Shown here: positions 41,501-49,922 of the stretch, in pieces
Position numbering within the stretch: position 1 is the first letter of the stretch
How the letters are laid out: every line of letters begins with the position of its first letter
Source of the DNA: Chitinophagales bacterium
GTDB taxonomy: Bacteria; Bacteroidota; Bacteroidia; Chitinophagales; CAIODY01
NCBI GenBank assembly: GCA_026461075.1
Contig: JAPJNH010000068.1
Span: 11,047 to 75,046 of the forward strand
Direction of reading: 5' to 3'
DNA length: 64,000 nucleotides
Notes under the pieces: generated by a model
What the model saw: the letters and a program-made list of their open reading frames with translations, nothing else
The model's database searches: none
Told to the model about the DNA's origin: nothing
Program-made: the position numbers and the translations under genes

Positions 41501-43758
41501 CTCCTTGAAATATTTTGATATAAAGTATTAGAAAAATAATTCAACCCTGTAGAAATACCTAAATCGCTCGTCGACAAATAACCAATAGCACCTATACTAG
41601 GATTAGAATTGGTATCTGGAACAATGAATCGTTCACTTAATCCTCTTTGCTTGTTAGGGTCATTTGCAGGGTCTTCAAATAAATTACCTGTAAAACATCC
41701 GTTAGAAATCATCAACGGAAAACGACCATAATTCTTATAAGAACCTGGATTATCAATAGCAAATTCCAAAGTTGAAAAAGCAGAGTGACCGAAGAAATTG
41801 ATAATTGAAACTCCGTTATTGATGAGTGAATCTAATTTTGCCGAAGAAGACATTTGAACCGGAGCGGAACTTGTTTTCTTAAACACATGCACATTGGCTC
41901 CGAATGTCGTATCCTCAATAATCACTTTCATCGGCTCAGCCAAAGGATTAGCATACATGGTATTCAAATAACCATCAAATAATTGCTGCTGGTAAATATC
42001 ACTACCTCCTGAAAGATGAATCACCTGTTTCATCCAATCCTTATTCAACACGCTCTGTTCTCCAGTTCCTGCACTCTCCCTTTGTTGCCGCTCATACCAT
42101 TGTAGTTTATCAAGATAAACTTTAATTTCTCTTGGCGTGTAGACAGATAATCTACTAATCGCTAAATGACTAAATTTATCATGTTGCCAAGCTGTTAGTA
42201 ATTCATCTGCTCCTGGATTGCCAAAGGTTGGAATAGAGTTCAACTTATACCTATTAACATTTCTTCTTGTGGAAGAATACAACTGCCCCTTGCCCATTAA
42301 TAAAATATAATAGGGCCGAGGTTTATTAGAATAGGTTTCGATGAAATTGGAAAAGTTACGTATCGCTAAAGAGTGTTTTGTGATACCATGTGCAAATTGT
42401 TCATATAACTGTTCGATATCAACTATCGAAGTATCATATCCACCACCAGCAATATCATTTCTGTAAGCAGCATATTCCCTTACCATATCCTTCCCCTGAT
42501 AGAGCGTTCTTAATCCTTTGTGGGTTATTATAATGAAATTCCCTTGGTTAGAACTTTGCGAAAAATCAATAAAACGTATCGGCTTAAAATTTGTAATCGA
42601 ATTAACTTGCGGAGCTGCACAAACAAATAAATGTCTATTCGTTAAAGTCGATGACGGCAATTCAAAATCAAAACCTTGCATTCCATTAGTGTAGGCTTGC
42701 TTGATAAACAAATTAGCATCAAAGTCCCATAATAAAACGTCAGCGCTCATATTATCAAAACTTGCGCTTACTAAATGCTTATTTGCAAAAGGACTAGCAT
42801 TTAATGGAACATCAAAGTGAATATTATTAATACCCGTAAATGAATAGCCTCTTGGATAACGGAGCGTAATAATACTTACCCCATTATAAGCTCCGCCTGG
42901 GTTAATCGTAAAATTAAAAACATTACTACCTGAAGTTAGATTTGCAACAGGAATACTATTGCTAGAAAACTTATTTACTTGAATCGTATTAAAGCTCAAT
43001 TGACCTTGGGGAAAGGTATAAGCCCCATTTATATCCGCGCCCAAATTATTCGGGATAACACGTGTGCTCGCAGTATAGATGGTGGAGGATGCATTTAAAG
43101 AATTATTCGAAGTATACAAATCCGGTGTACTCAATGAATAAGCATAACTACTGTTAAAATACAAACCAAAATATCCTTCTCCTGCATCAAAGGTGCTTGG
43201 AAAAACTTTGGAGCCTAGGGTAAAAGGAACATTCAATCCGCCTGAATAACTAGAATGATCCTCATAAATTGATTCATACCAACAATACGATTCTGGAGTT
43301 TGGGTACTGGAATTATAATTAATAAGACTCACCCGTTTATGTACTCCAGGAATCGCTGCAAGATAGTAGGCAGCAGTATCACTGAACATGCTATACATAG
43401 GATTAAAATGATCCTTGGATGGATTATCAAACAGCAAGCTATCGAACCAGCCATCATTATGCTTCGCATAAAACATCAAATAATCATTGGAGGAAATTGC
43501 TCCTGTCGTACTAACGTAAATAGGTACTTCTTCCCCTCGACAATAAACTACCAATTGATTCCCTAAGGCATTATTCAAACCAATGGACTGCAAAGCTGAA
43601 TAATCAATTTTATAAAGGCCGTCTTTAACAATTTTGATTTTATAATAGGTCGTGTTATAGTCGGTAATCCATTCATTACCGAATAGATGTTGAGCCGAAA
43701 CAGGGTTCAGTCTTAGAAAAAGAATAGCAAAAAAAACAAATATCAAACTACGACGCAT
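38569..43758 (-). CDS. porU: Type IX secretion system sortase PorU-like C25 peptidase (oversized)
   Basis: 1729 aa with a signal peptide, gingipain/C25-like His and Cys blocks (INFFGHSAFS and LMISNGCFTGN) and a C-terminal FlgD-Ig/CTD-like domain (NYPNPFTTSTRFVF...GVYFYRV). It is adjacent to a PorV/PorQ-family gene. Confidence 0.75.
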   Translation of the reverse strand: MRRSLIFVFFAILFLRLNPVSAQHLFGNEWITDYNTTYYKIKIVKDGLYKIDYSALQSIGLNNALGNQLVVYCRGEEVPIYVSTTGAISSNDYLMFYAKHNDGWFDSLLFDNPSKDHFNPMYSMFSDTAAYYLAAIPGVHKRVSLINYNSSTQTPESYCWYESIYEDHSSYSGGLNVPFTLGSKVFPSTFDAGEGYFGLYFNSSYAYSLSTPDLYTSNNSLNASSTIYTASTRVIPNNLGADINGAYTFPQGQLSFNTIQVNKFSSNSIPVANLTSGSNVFNFTINPGGAYNGVSIITLRYPRGYSFTGINNIHFDVPLNASPFANKHLVSASFDNMSADVLLWDFDANLFIKQAYTNGMQGFDFELPSSTLTNRHLFVCAAPQVNSITNFKPIRFIDFSQSSNQGNFIIITHKGLRTLYQGKDMVREYAAYRNDIAGGGYDTSIVDIEQLYEQFAHGITKHSLAIRNFSNFIETYSNKPRPYYILLMGKGQLYSSTRRNVNRYKLNSIPTFGNPGADELLTAWQHDKFSHLAISRLSVYTPREIKVYLDKLQWYERQQRESAGTGEQSVLNKDWMKQVIHLSGGSDIYQQQLFDGYLNTMYANPLAEPMKVIIEDTTFGANVHVFKKTSSAPVQMSSSAKLDSLINNGVSIINFFGHSAFSTLEFAIDNPGSYKNYGRFPLMISNGCFTGNLFEDPANDPNKQRGLSERFIVPDTNSNPSIGAIGYLSTSDLGISTGLNYFSNTLYQNISRRNYGNTIGECIRLTRDSLLRNQNINSQDIIIAAEQMLLNGDPAIRINPHPEADYVIDSTLMRLNPRNISFEQGGQFHLLFDVRNIGRYKKDSLDILVLRYFPKPDMSPGSVPSLIQQLRIATPSYNQSFDIAINTEPDRALGLNKLTVIIDPQNKLSEIDDNNNEASITFSVSSLDILPIFPYPYAIVGDTTNFYLKASTVEANAPTRYYRIESDTTALFNSSLRQTNYIRQVGGVVQWKGGIKKWMDSTVYYWRVAVDTLYGNHQLNWHTTSFTYIKGSSTGWDQSHYFEFKNDDFLTESIEADRIFHYANNVRTMKVRDFGNGSSDQVSAYLDYQKMNNGGSCIPYGVYGGPSPAYGGFNIAVLDSLTGTPLISNYPNIQQGDYNCSGNQNLNVFQYLTNGYLTASTWGSFSPNNTASSVTQQQSYLSNFLNNYVPDGAYVLLYSINTFNPAGFDPSLRNTLHTVLGTAVLDTMTASRTYVYFGRKGGHGYPVHEVQAGLPGGLVDTSFQFYGNWFQGSVTSTIIGPAQSWSSLHWRYTPYETPSTDVDLLEVIGIDTAGLETVVYTNSTASTADINLNFISAVQYPQLKLRLTSKDTIHRTPAQLQYWRVNYSPLPDVALDKNGGQYVHKDTLQRGDPFVMKWLVRNISPVAFDTLRVKYTLIKANNQQDVFYQVYRKMPSADTVWAYLKLNSMNLVALNTLLIELNPSNYYHKPEQHHFNNLAKLSFLVTRDNVNPILDVTFDHQRILDGDIVSPHPEIDVRLNDENLFLILDSINVLTAWLKSPNSTTYVQQTSANSGLVFYPAQRGSKSNTARLKLNPSLNQDGEYKLKVQGLDRSGNLAGDLSYEIGFNVITNSSITQVMNYPNPFTTSTRFVFTLTGSVLPDYFKIQIFSVSGKMVRELTLNELGLDLHIGRNISTYAWDGTDQYGDPLGNGVYFYRVVTKLDGQNMDILSSGADAYFKSGFGKMYLMR

Positions 43759-43763
43759 CCGGC

Positions 43764-44891
43764 TTATTTTTTAGGCATGTTTATCTGTAAACTAACCACA
43801 TTGGAATAAAGTACCTGCGACACATTTCCAACATTAGTAAGCGCATAATCCACGTAAAAATTCTTTAAATGAATTCCTACACCAAGATTAGGCTGAAACG
43901 AGGTATTCACAATCCCATTATCATCAGATAATTTTTGAAAATTACCAACTCCCCCACGAAGGTAAAAACGTTGCTTATAATCTAAGGCTAAACCTACACG
44001 AGGATCTATACTGAAAGGTTTGGCACTAATTAGCACATTACGTTGACCATCTGTGGTAATAGCCAAATCTAAAACAGGCGTCAAACACCAAGCGTTTGCA
44101 AAGCTAATTGGATAGGCTGCTCCGATATTCAATTGCGGTAGCGTTAATTCAGTAGATGTTTTAGGAATTAAATTTCCCGTTAACGCTAAGGCTTGTTTAT
44201 CCAAATCAGTGAATGTAAAATTCCAAACATTAAAGGTAGTGCTCGCGTCATGCAAACAAGCACCTAACATCCAACGATTATATTTCATCTTCATTCCAAG
44301 ATCAAACCCAAATCCCCAGGCATTCGCAAAATGGCCAACCGTACGACGGATCACTTTAACATTCCCCCCAACTTTCAAATAACCTTTACGTTGGAATGTA
44401 GTATTCATATTCTTCGCATAAGAACCTATAAATGCATAATCAGCAGCAGAAAAACTACTAACATTATTGTAATTAATACTTCCATCTGGGTCGATTAACT
44501 GAAGCGTATTAGGAATATCATCCACCGCAAATCGAATCAATGAAACACCCGCCCATGAATTAACCTCACCCATAGAATTCGACTCCATAGGAATCACCAC
44601 ACTGCCGAAGTCGTATTTAGCAAGTCCTGCAAAATATTCACTGTGCATCAAGGCGATTGGAACTTTAGATTCAGGCGCCTCTATACCTGCAGGATTCCAG
44701 TAGCTCGCCCATGGGCCAATTGCAGTAGCCGTCTGAGCACCACCAAGTGCCAAAGCCTCTGCACCAACCCCAATTTTTAGGAACTCATTGCTATACTTCC
44801 TTACTTGCTGAGCATATATTTTAGGTACCTTCAGCGCGCCTAAGAAAAGCAGTATTAAAAGAAACTTCTTCATGAAAAGAATTTTCTTCAA
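43764..44891 (-). CDS. porV: PorV/PorQ-family outer-membrane beta-barrel protein
   Basis: 375 aa with a signal peptide and the family N-terminal motif FLKIGVGAEALALGGA...YWNPAG. It ends 5 nt before the porU start. Assignment to PorV versus PorQ or another paralogue is uncertain. Confidence 0.6.
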   Translation of the reverse strand: MKKILFMKKFLLILLFLGALKVPKIYAQQVRKYSNEFLKIGVGAEALALGGAQTATAIGPWASYWNPAGIEAPESKVPIALMHSEYFAGLAKYDFGSVVIPMESNSMGEVNSWAGVSLIRFAVDDIPNTLQLIDPDGSINYNNVSSFSAADYAFIGSYAKNMNTTFQRKGYLKVGGNVKVIRRTVGHFANAWGFGFDLGMKMKYNRWMLGACLHDASTTFNVWNFTFTDLDKQALALTGNLIPKTSTELTLPQLNIGAAYPISFANAWCLTPVLDLAITTDGQRNVLISAKPFSIDPRVGLALDYKQRFYLRGGVGNFQKLSDDNGIVNTSFQPNLGVGIHLKNFYVDYALTNVGNVSQVLYSNVVSLQINMPKK

Positions 44892-44948
44892 AATACGGAA
44901 TAAACAAGGCCTTTTAAAGCCTTTTTTTTAACATTAACAATAAAGTGT

Positions 44949-46358
44949 CTAGTCTTTTATGGCATCATTTTTTTTTAGCAAACAGACGCCTGAATTACTC
45001 CTATAAACCAACTTGTAATCAGCAGGTAATTGCATCCCTCCCGGAGCGTCAATATAATATTTTCTAGAAGGGTCATTCTTGATTATACTAATGCTGTGAT
45101 AACGCATTAAAGCCGTTTGAAAGGTCCAATTATCCCATAATACAGCATCTGCTCCCACTAATTCACCTGCGGGAATTTTAGAACCAATTTCGCGTTCTAA
45201 GTACATTTGCTCTGTCTCTCTCCACACTTTACCATAATTCAAATAGGCTAAGGTGAAACTTAAAATCAAAAGCAAAATCGTTAAAACCCATTGTGTTCGA
45301 ATATTCCACCAATTAGGACTTTTGAACTTAACGACAATCGGACTAATCAAAAAGGCTAGTGCAATGGCAAAAAATGGAAATGCGGGTACCATATAGAACC
45401 CTCGTTGAACAAGTGTTAACATCATTGGTATTATACCGCAGAATCCCAAAATCAACCAAAGCCAAAAATCATCCTTTAGTAATCCCAGTACTTGAATTTC
45501 TTTACGTTTAATAAATAACAGAATACTGATTAGCAGCAATACAATAGACAAATCTTGTAGCCATTTCCATAAAATATAAACCCTAGAATTAACAACAGGA
45601 TCTTGCGTAATGCGATGCAACACACGTTCCACTAGATACGTTTTTAAACTTAAAAAGGCTTCTGGCCAAAGACATAATAGCACGGAGAATAGACCAAGAA
45701 AACACAGAACAACTACCGACCGCCAAACGCCTTTAAATAAAGGCTCGCGTAACTTTATTACACTCCATAAAAAAGGAAAAATCAATGGAAATAATCCTGG
45801 AATTCCTTTACATAAAAAGGCTGCTAACAGAAAGAATGCACTGAAAATTGATCCCCAATAATTTTTAAACGCCAGAAAGGAATATACACTTAACAAAACA
45901 AAAACACTCATCGTATTCTCCTGCATATTGTTCTGAAAACTCCAAGGAACTTCAACTGTCAATATCCAAAAAAACATCGGTAAATAACTCAGTCTATGCC
46001 ACTCCTTAGGACTAGCCTTTTTCCAAATAGCAGCAATTAAAACTATGTTAACCAAGCCAACTAAAGCCGTGTAAAGTCGTTCCGTAAAGATGCCTGGTCC
46101 GAATAGTTTGAAAAAAATCGACTCTATCCCGAACACCAAGGGAGGGTGCTCATGAAAGGCTTTCAAGCCACCAATGCTACAATAGCTTAACTGCGGAAAC
46201 CAAAAAGTACCGTAACCCTCTGATAAGTTTTTTGCGACAGCCGTATATTGGATAGCATCCATAAACATACCATCCCGAAATAATATCGGCCAAGTCAATA
46301 ACGTAAAAAGCGCATAGACAAGCCATTCCAACGGATGTAACTCAGCTATGCGCTTCAT
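44949..46358 (-). CDS. GT-C fold glycosyltransferase (family 39, ArnT/PMT-like)
   Basis: 469 aa and polytopic (about 11 hydrophobic segments by eye). An acidic first-loop motif (RDGMFMDAIQY) and a soluble C-terminal domain resemble ArnT/PMT family members. Confidence 0.65.
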   Translation of the reverse strand: MKRIAELHPLEWLVYALFTLLTWPILFRDGMFMDAIQYTAVAKNLSEGYGTFWFPQLSYCSIGGLKAFHEHPPLVFGIESIFFKLFGPGIFTERLYTALVGLVNIVLIAAIWKKASPKEWHRLSYLPMFFWILTVEVPWSFQNNMQENTMSVFVLLSVYSFLAFKNYWGSIFSAFFLLAAFLCKGIPGLFPLIFPFLWSVIKLREPLFKGVWRSVVVLCFLGLFSVLLCLWPEAFLSLKTYLVERVLHRITQDPVVNSRVYILWKWLQDLSIVLLLISILLFIKRKEIQVLGLLKDDFWLWLILGFCGIIPMMLTLVQRGFYMVPAFPFFAIALAFLISPIVVKFKSPNWWNIRTQWVLTILLLILSFTLAYLNYGKVWRETEQMYLEREIGSKIPAGELVGADAVLWDNWTFQTALMRYHSISIIKNDPSRKYYIDAPGGMQLPADYKLVYRSNSGVCLLKKNDAIKD

Positions 46359-46374
46359 AAAACTATAATTTCAA

Positions 46375-47034
46375 TTATTCAAAAGTCATTTCAGGGACAT
46401 GTGACGGAACCGTCAACTTTCCTGCGGTCTTTGCTTGGATCTCTTCCACACTTACACCAGGTGCACGTTCCAACAACAAAAATCCATCCTTTGTGACATC
46501 TAAAACAGCCAAATCAGTTACGATACGCTTTACGCATCCAACACCAGTTAAAGGCAAATCACATTTCGGCAATAATTTACTCTCCCCTTTAGGATTAGTA
46601 TGCATCATAGCAACAATGATATTTTTAGCAGATGCCACTAAATCCATTGCACCACCCATGCCTTTCACCATTTTACCAGGAATTTTCCAATTCGCGATAT
46701 CCCCTTGCTCACTTACTTCCATAGCTCCCAAAACAGTTAAATCAATTTTACCAGCTCGGATCATACCAAAACTTTCAGCAGAATCAAAGAAGGCGCCTCC
46801 AGGAACAACGGTAACCGTTTCCTTACCCGCGTTAATCAAATCTGCATCGATATTTTCTTCCGTAGGATAAGGTCCCATACCCATAATCCCATTCTCACTT
46901 TGGAACATTACAAAAATATCCTTGGGAATATAATTGGCAACTAAGGTTGGAATACCAATTCCTAAGTTAACATAGTATCCGTCCTTAAGCTCCTTCGCTA
47001 TACGCTGTGCTATTTGATATTTATTTAAAGCCAT
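46375..47034 (-). CDS. scoB: 3-oxoacid CoA-transferase subunit B
   Basis: 219 aa with the catalytic-Glu signature SENG ([13 protein letters not shown]). Confidence 0.88.
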   Translation of the reverse strand: MALNKYQIAQRIAKELKDGYYVNLGIGIPTLVANYIPKDIFVMFQSENGIMGMGPYPTEENIDADLINAGKETVTVVPGGAFFDSAESFGMIRAGKIDLTVLGAMEVSEQGDIANWKIPGKMVKGMGGAMDLVASAKNIIVAMMHTNPKGESKLLPKCDLPLTGVGCVKRIVTDLAVLDVTKDGFLLLERAPGVSVEEIQAKTAGKLTVPSHVPEMTFE

Positions 47035-47036
47035 GA

Positions 47037-47744
47037 TTAAGATTTTAATTGAACCGTTCTACGCTCGATTCGTTTTTCATAATTCACCCCTTGGAAAATA
47101 CGGTGTACATAAACACCCGAAACATCCACTTCATCCGGACTAATTTCACCCGGTTCTACTAAATGCTCTACCTCTGCAATAGTGATATTGCCAGCTTTTG
47201 CCATTGAAGTTGAAAAATTGCGAGTCGCCTGACGGAAAACCAAGTTACCATAGCGATCCCCTTTCCATGCTTTCACAATGGCGAAATCAGCATGCATTGC
47301 CATTTCCATTAGATGCATCTTACCATTAAATTCACGTACCTCTTTTCCCGCTGCAATCTCCGTTCCATAACCTGCCGGCGTAAAGAATGCTGGAATACCC
47401 ATTGCAGCCATTTGGATACGTGTAGCTAATGTTCCTTGCGGTACTAAGTCAACCTCTAATTCGCCACTTAACATTTGACGTTCGAATTCGGCATTTTCAC
47501 CTACATAAGAACTGATCATTTTTTTCACCTGACGAGTTTGCAATAAAAGCCCTAATCCAAAATCATCCACACCAGCATTATTACTAATACATGTCAAATT
47601 ATTTACACCCAAATCACGTAAGGCAGCAATACAATTTTCAGGAATACCATTCAATCCAAAGCCGCCCAACATTAATGTCTGTCCACTTTGGATATCCTTC
47701 ACAGCTTCTACAGCATTGGAAACCACTTTTTTCATAAAATCCAA
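47037..47744 (-). CDS. scoA: 3-oxoacid CoA-transferase subunit A
   Basis: 235 aa with the [10 protein letters not shown] signature, immediately upstream of subunit B. The true start may be the MKKVV Met, 3 codons in. Confidence 0.88.
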   Translation of the reverse strand: MDFMKKVVSNAVEAVKDIQSGQTLMLGGFGLNGIPENCIAALRDLGVNNLTCISNNAGVDDFGLGLLLQTRQVKKMISSYVGENAEFERQMLSGELEVDLVPQGTLATRIQMAAMGIPAFFTPAGYGTEIAAGKEVREFNGKMHLMEMAMHADFAIVKAWKGDRYGNLVFRQATRNFSTSMAKAGNITIAEVEHLVEPGEISPDEVDVSGVYVHRIFQGVNYEKRIERRTVQLKS

Positions 47745-47748
47745 TTAA

Positions 47749-47781
47749 GAAAAAACTCCTTAGCGAAGTAAGGAGTTTTTC
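47749..47781 (-). terminator. Intrinsic terminator downstream of trxA
   Basis: ACTCCTTA pairs with TAAGGAGT (8-bp stem, 6-nt loop) with flanking A- and T-runs, between the trxA stop and the scoA start. Confidence 0.8.
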
Positions 47782-47792
47782 ATGTTTAAGTC

Positions 47793-48110
47793 TTAAAGAT
47801 TTGCTTTGATTTTTGCTTCTAAAGTAGTTTTAGGAGCCGCGCCAATTTGCTTATCCACTACCTGACCATTCTTAAAGAAAAGAACTGCAGGAATATTACG
47901 GATACCAAATTGCATAGAGATTTGAGGATTTTCATCCACATTCAATTTACCTATAACAGCCTGACCTTCATATTCAGCTGATAATGCTTCGATAGTTGGA
48001 CCAATCATTTTGCATGGACCGCACCATTCTGCCCAAAAATCAACTACTGCTAATTTGTCTGATTTCAAAACTACGCTTTCAAAGTTTGCGTCTGTAAAAG
48101 TATGTGCCAT
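47793..48110 (-). CDS. trxA: Thioredoxin
   Basis: WCGPC active site. I prefer the 105-aa form starting at MAHTFTD (ATG at 48110); the TTG start at 48131 in the ORF track is probably an artefact. Confidence 0.92.
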   Translation of the reverse strand: MAHTFTDANFESVVLKSDKLAVVDFWAEWCGPCKMIGPTIEALSAEYEGQAVIGKLNVDENPQISMQFGIRNIPAVLFFKNGQVVDKQIGAAPKTTLEAKIKANL

Positions 48111-48199
48111 TTTTTTTAATTTATAAAACAAATTTACGTAAAAATCAGTTACGCTTTTAATGAAAAAGAAGACTCTTATTCATTTTAACTAAACTTTTG

Positions 48200-48207
48200 T
48201 AATTTTG
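48200..48207 (+). promoter_or_regulatory. Candidate -7 promoter box (TAATTTTG) for the Crp/Fnr regulator gene
   Basis: Exact TAnnTTTG match ending 7 nt before the ATG at 48215. Confidence 0.4.
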
Positions 48208-48214
48208 TAGAGCA

Positions 48215-48919
48215 ATGGTGAACATAGAGACGATATCAACAAGCTGCGACAACTGCTCCTCAAAAAGCAAATCACTTTTTTGCGACATGCGCAAATTCAC
48301 CGTAGAGCAAATAAATAATGCTAAATCGCATCGTCAATTCAAAAAAGGGGACTACATTTTCAAAGAAGGAGAAACCCCTTCAGGTTTATATTGCATAAGC
48401 GCAGGTAAAATTAAGTTAGTAAAGAGAGGATCAAACGGGAAAGAGCAAATTGTACGCCTCAGCAAAAGTGGAGATACACTTGGCTACCGAAGTTTGATTG
48501 CCCAAGACACCTATGCAGCCTCTGCAATTGCCCTAGAACCTTGTGAAGTTTGCTTTGTTCCAAAGGATGATTTTCTTGCCCTATTAAGCAATAACCCAGA
48601 ACTCAATCAGCAAGTTTTACGCTTGTTAACCATAGATCTAGGTCGTGCGGAACGTCATTTGACACATATCGCACAACACAGTCTCCGTGAACGCGTAGCT
48701 GATAGTCTTTTAATGTTACACGAATTGTACGGAGAGGATGAAATAGGTTGTATTGCTGTTTCGATGTCGCGTGAAGATCTAGCCAATTTTGTAGGAACAG
48801 CTACAGAATCAGTCATTCGATTACTATCCAAATTTAAACAAGAAGGAAGTATTGAATTGAGTGGCAAAAAAATTAAGCTTCTCAATTTGGAGAAACTTAC
48901 GCAAATCGCGAGCCGATAA
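48215..48919 (+). CDS. Crp/Fnr-family transcriptional regulator with an FNR-like cysteine set
   Basis: 234 aa with a cNMP-binding-like beta-roll and a C-terminal HTH (TATESVIRLLSKF). The cysteines are C11-x2-C14-x8-C23 plus C113. Confidence 0.85.
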   Translation: MVNIETISTSCDNCSSKSKSLFCDMRKFTVEQINNAKSHRQFKKGDYIFKEGETPSGLYCISAGKIKLVKRGSNGKEQIVRLSKSGDTLGYRSLIAQDTYAASAIALEPCEVCFVPKDDFLALLSNNPELNQQVLRLLTIDLGRAERHLTHIAQHSLRERVADSLLMLHELYGEDEIGCIAVSMSREDLANFVGTATESVIRLLSKFKQEGSIELSGKKIKLLNLEKLTQIASR

Positions 48920-48921
48920 TA

Positions 48922-49866
48922 CTATTCACTTTTACCTTGTAGTATAGGAAGATAAAGGCTTTTAGTCTTTTCAATTTGAGCAGACATGCTTAAAAAGTCT
49001 GTTGCATTTTCCCCATTTAAAAAAGAAGTAGTTTGATGGTACAAACCAGGTTTATAGTCCTGATCCAACGTATCGTTCAATTCAACTTTTTCAATAAGTA
49101 CCGACCCTAATTTTTGAATTTGTAACTGCTCTAGTGGGCGTAAAATAAGTCGATGATTCGCTGTTAAAATCTCCACCCCCCAACGTCCTGGCGCTTCCCA
49201 ATCTGCCGAATAGGAGAAATTTGCACCATTTTTCGTTATGCCAGCCCCAGAAAATTTCGAAGGCCCCTTATGCCAATCGAGAAAGCCACTTGCATAAGCA
49301 CTTAAACTCTTTGGTGTCGAATTAGCTAAGTAAAATGCCAAATCAATCACATGCGAAGAATTCGCCAATAACCAAGCCTCTTTTACTCCAGGCGCTTTAG
49401 TTAAAGGACGAATGACATGTGACCATTCTGTAAATTCAAATTGAAAGGAACGCACGCCTCCGTCGGCTTCAATAATTGATTTTGCGGATTGAACAGAGGC
49501 ATAAAAACGTCGATTATAGGCGATACAAATCTTCGCATCCGCCTGTAGAGATAAAGCCTCTAACGTAAGCATTTCATCTAAATTCAAGGCACCTGGCTTC
49601 TCCAATAAAATATGCTTGGCCCCTTTGTTAATTAATTGCTTGCTTACTTCAGCTAAAGCTTCTACCCCTACGGCCACAATGCAATAATCATTGGATGAAA
49701 ATTGTTCAGGCATTTGCAATAAAACATCCACACCTGTATTCTCATTAAATCGAGCGGCTGAACTTTGTCCTCTTCCAATCACTGAAAAATTTACACCTAA
49801 AGCTATAAGCACTTTTGCATAAGCTTCTGCCATTGGACCAGCACCGATTAAATAAACCATTTTCAT
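48922..49866 (-). CDS. Putative NAD(P)-binding oxidoreductase (Gfo/Idh/MocA-like)
   Basis: The N-terminal dinucleotide-binding motif YLIGAGPMA and an EKP motif (LLEKPGA) are present. I prefer the start at MKMVYLIG; the GTG start at 49902 is probably an artefact. The function is uncertain. Confidence 0.5.
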   Translation of the reverse strand: MKMVYLIGAGPMAEAYAKVLIALGVNFSVIGRGQSSAARFNENTGVDVLLQMPEQFSSNDYCIVAVGVEALAEVSKQLINKGAKHILLEKPGALNLDEMLTLEALSLQADAKICIAYNRRFYASVQSAKSIIEADGGVRSFQFEFTEWSHVIRPLTKAPGVKEAWLLANSSHVIDLAFYLANSTPKSLSAYASGFLDWHKGPSKFSGAGITKNGANFSYSADWEAPGRWGVEILTANHRLILRPLEQLQIQKLGSVLIEKVELNDTLDQDYKPGLYHQTTSFLNGENATDFLSMSAQIEKTKSLYLPILQGKSE

Positions 49867-49902
49867 AATTGCAAAGTAGCAAATTTTAGAATGATTTTTC
49901 AC

Positions 49903-49910
49903 TACATTTG
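49903..49910 (+). promoter_or_regulatory. Candidate -7 promoter box (TACATTTG) for the LysM protein gene
   Basis: Exact TAnnTTTG match 12 nt upstream of the ATG at 49923. Confidence 0.4.
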
Positions 49911-49922
49911 TAGTAATATCCT

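Noticed and set aside
44900-44935. An AAGGC/GCCTT hairpin with a T-run lies between the GT39-like gene and the porV-like gene.
   Set aside because: The T-run is on the plus strand while both flanking genes are on the minus strand, and the stem is only 5 bp. It is not credible as a terminator for these genes.
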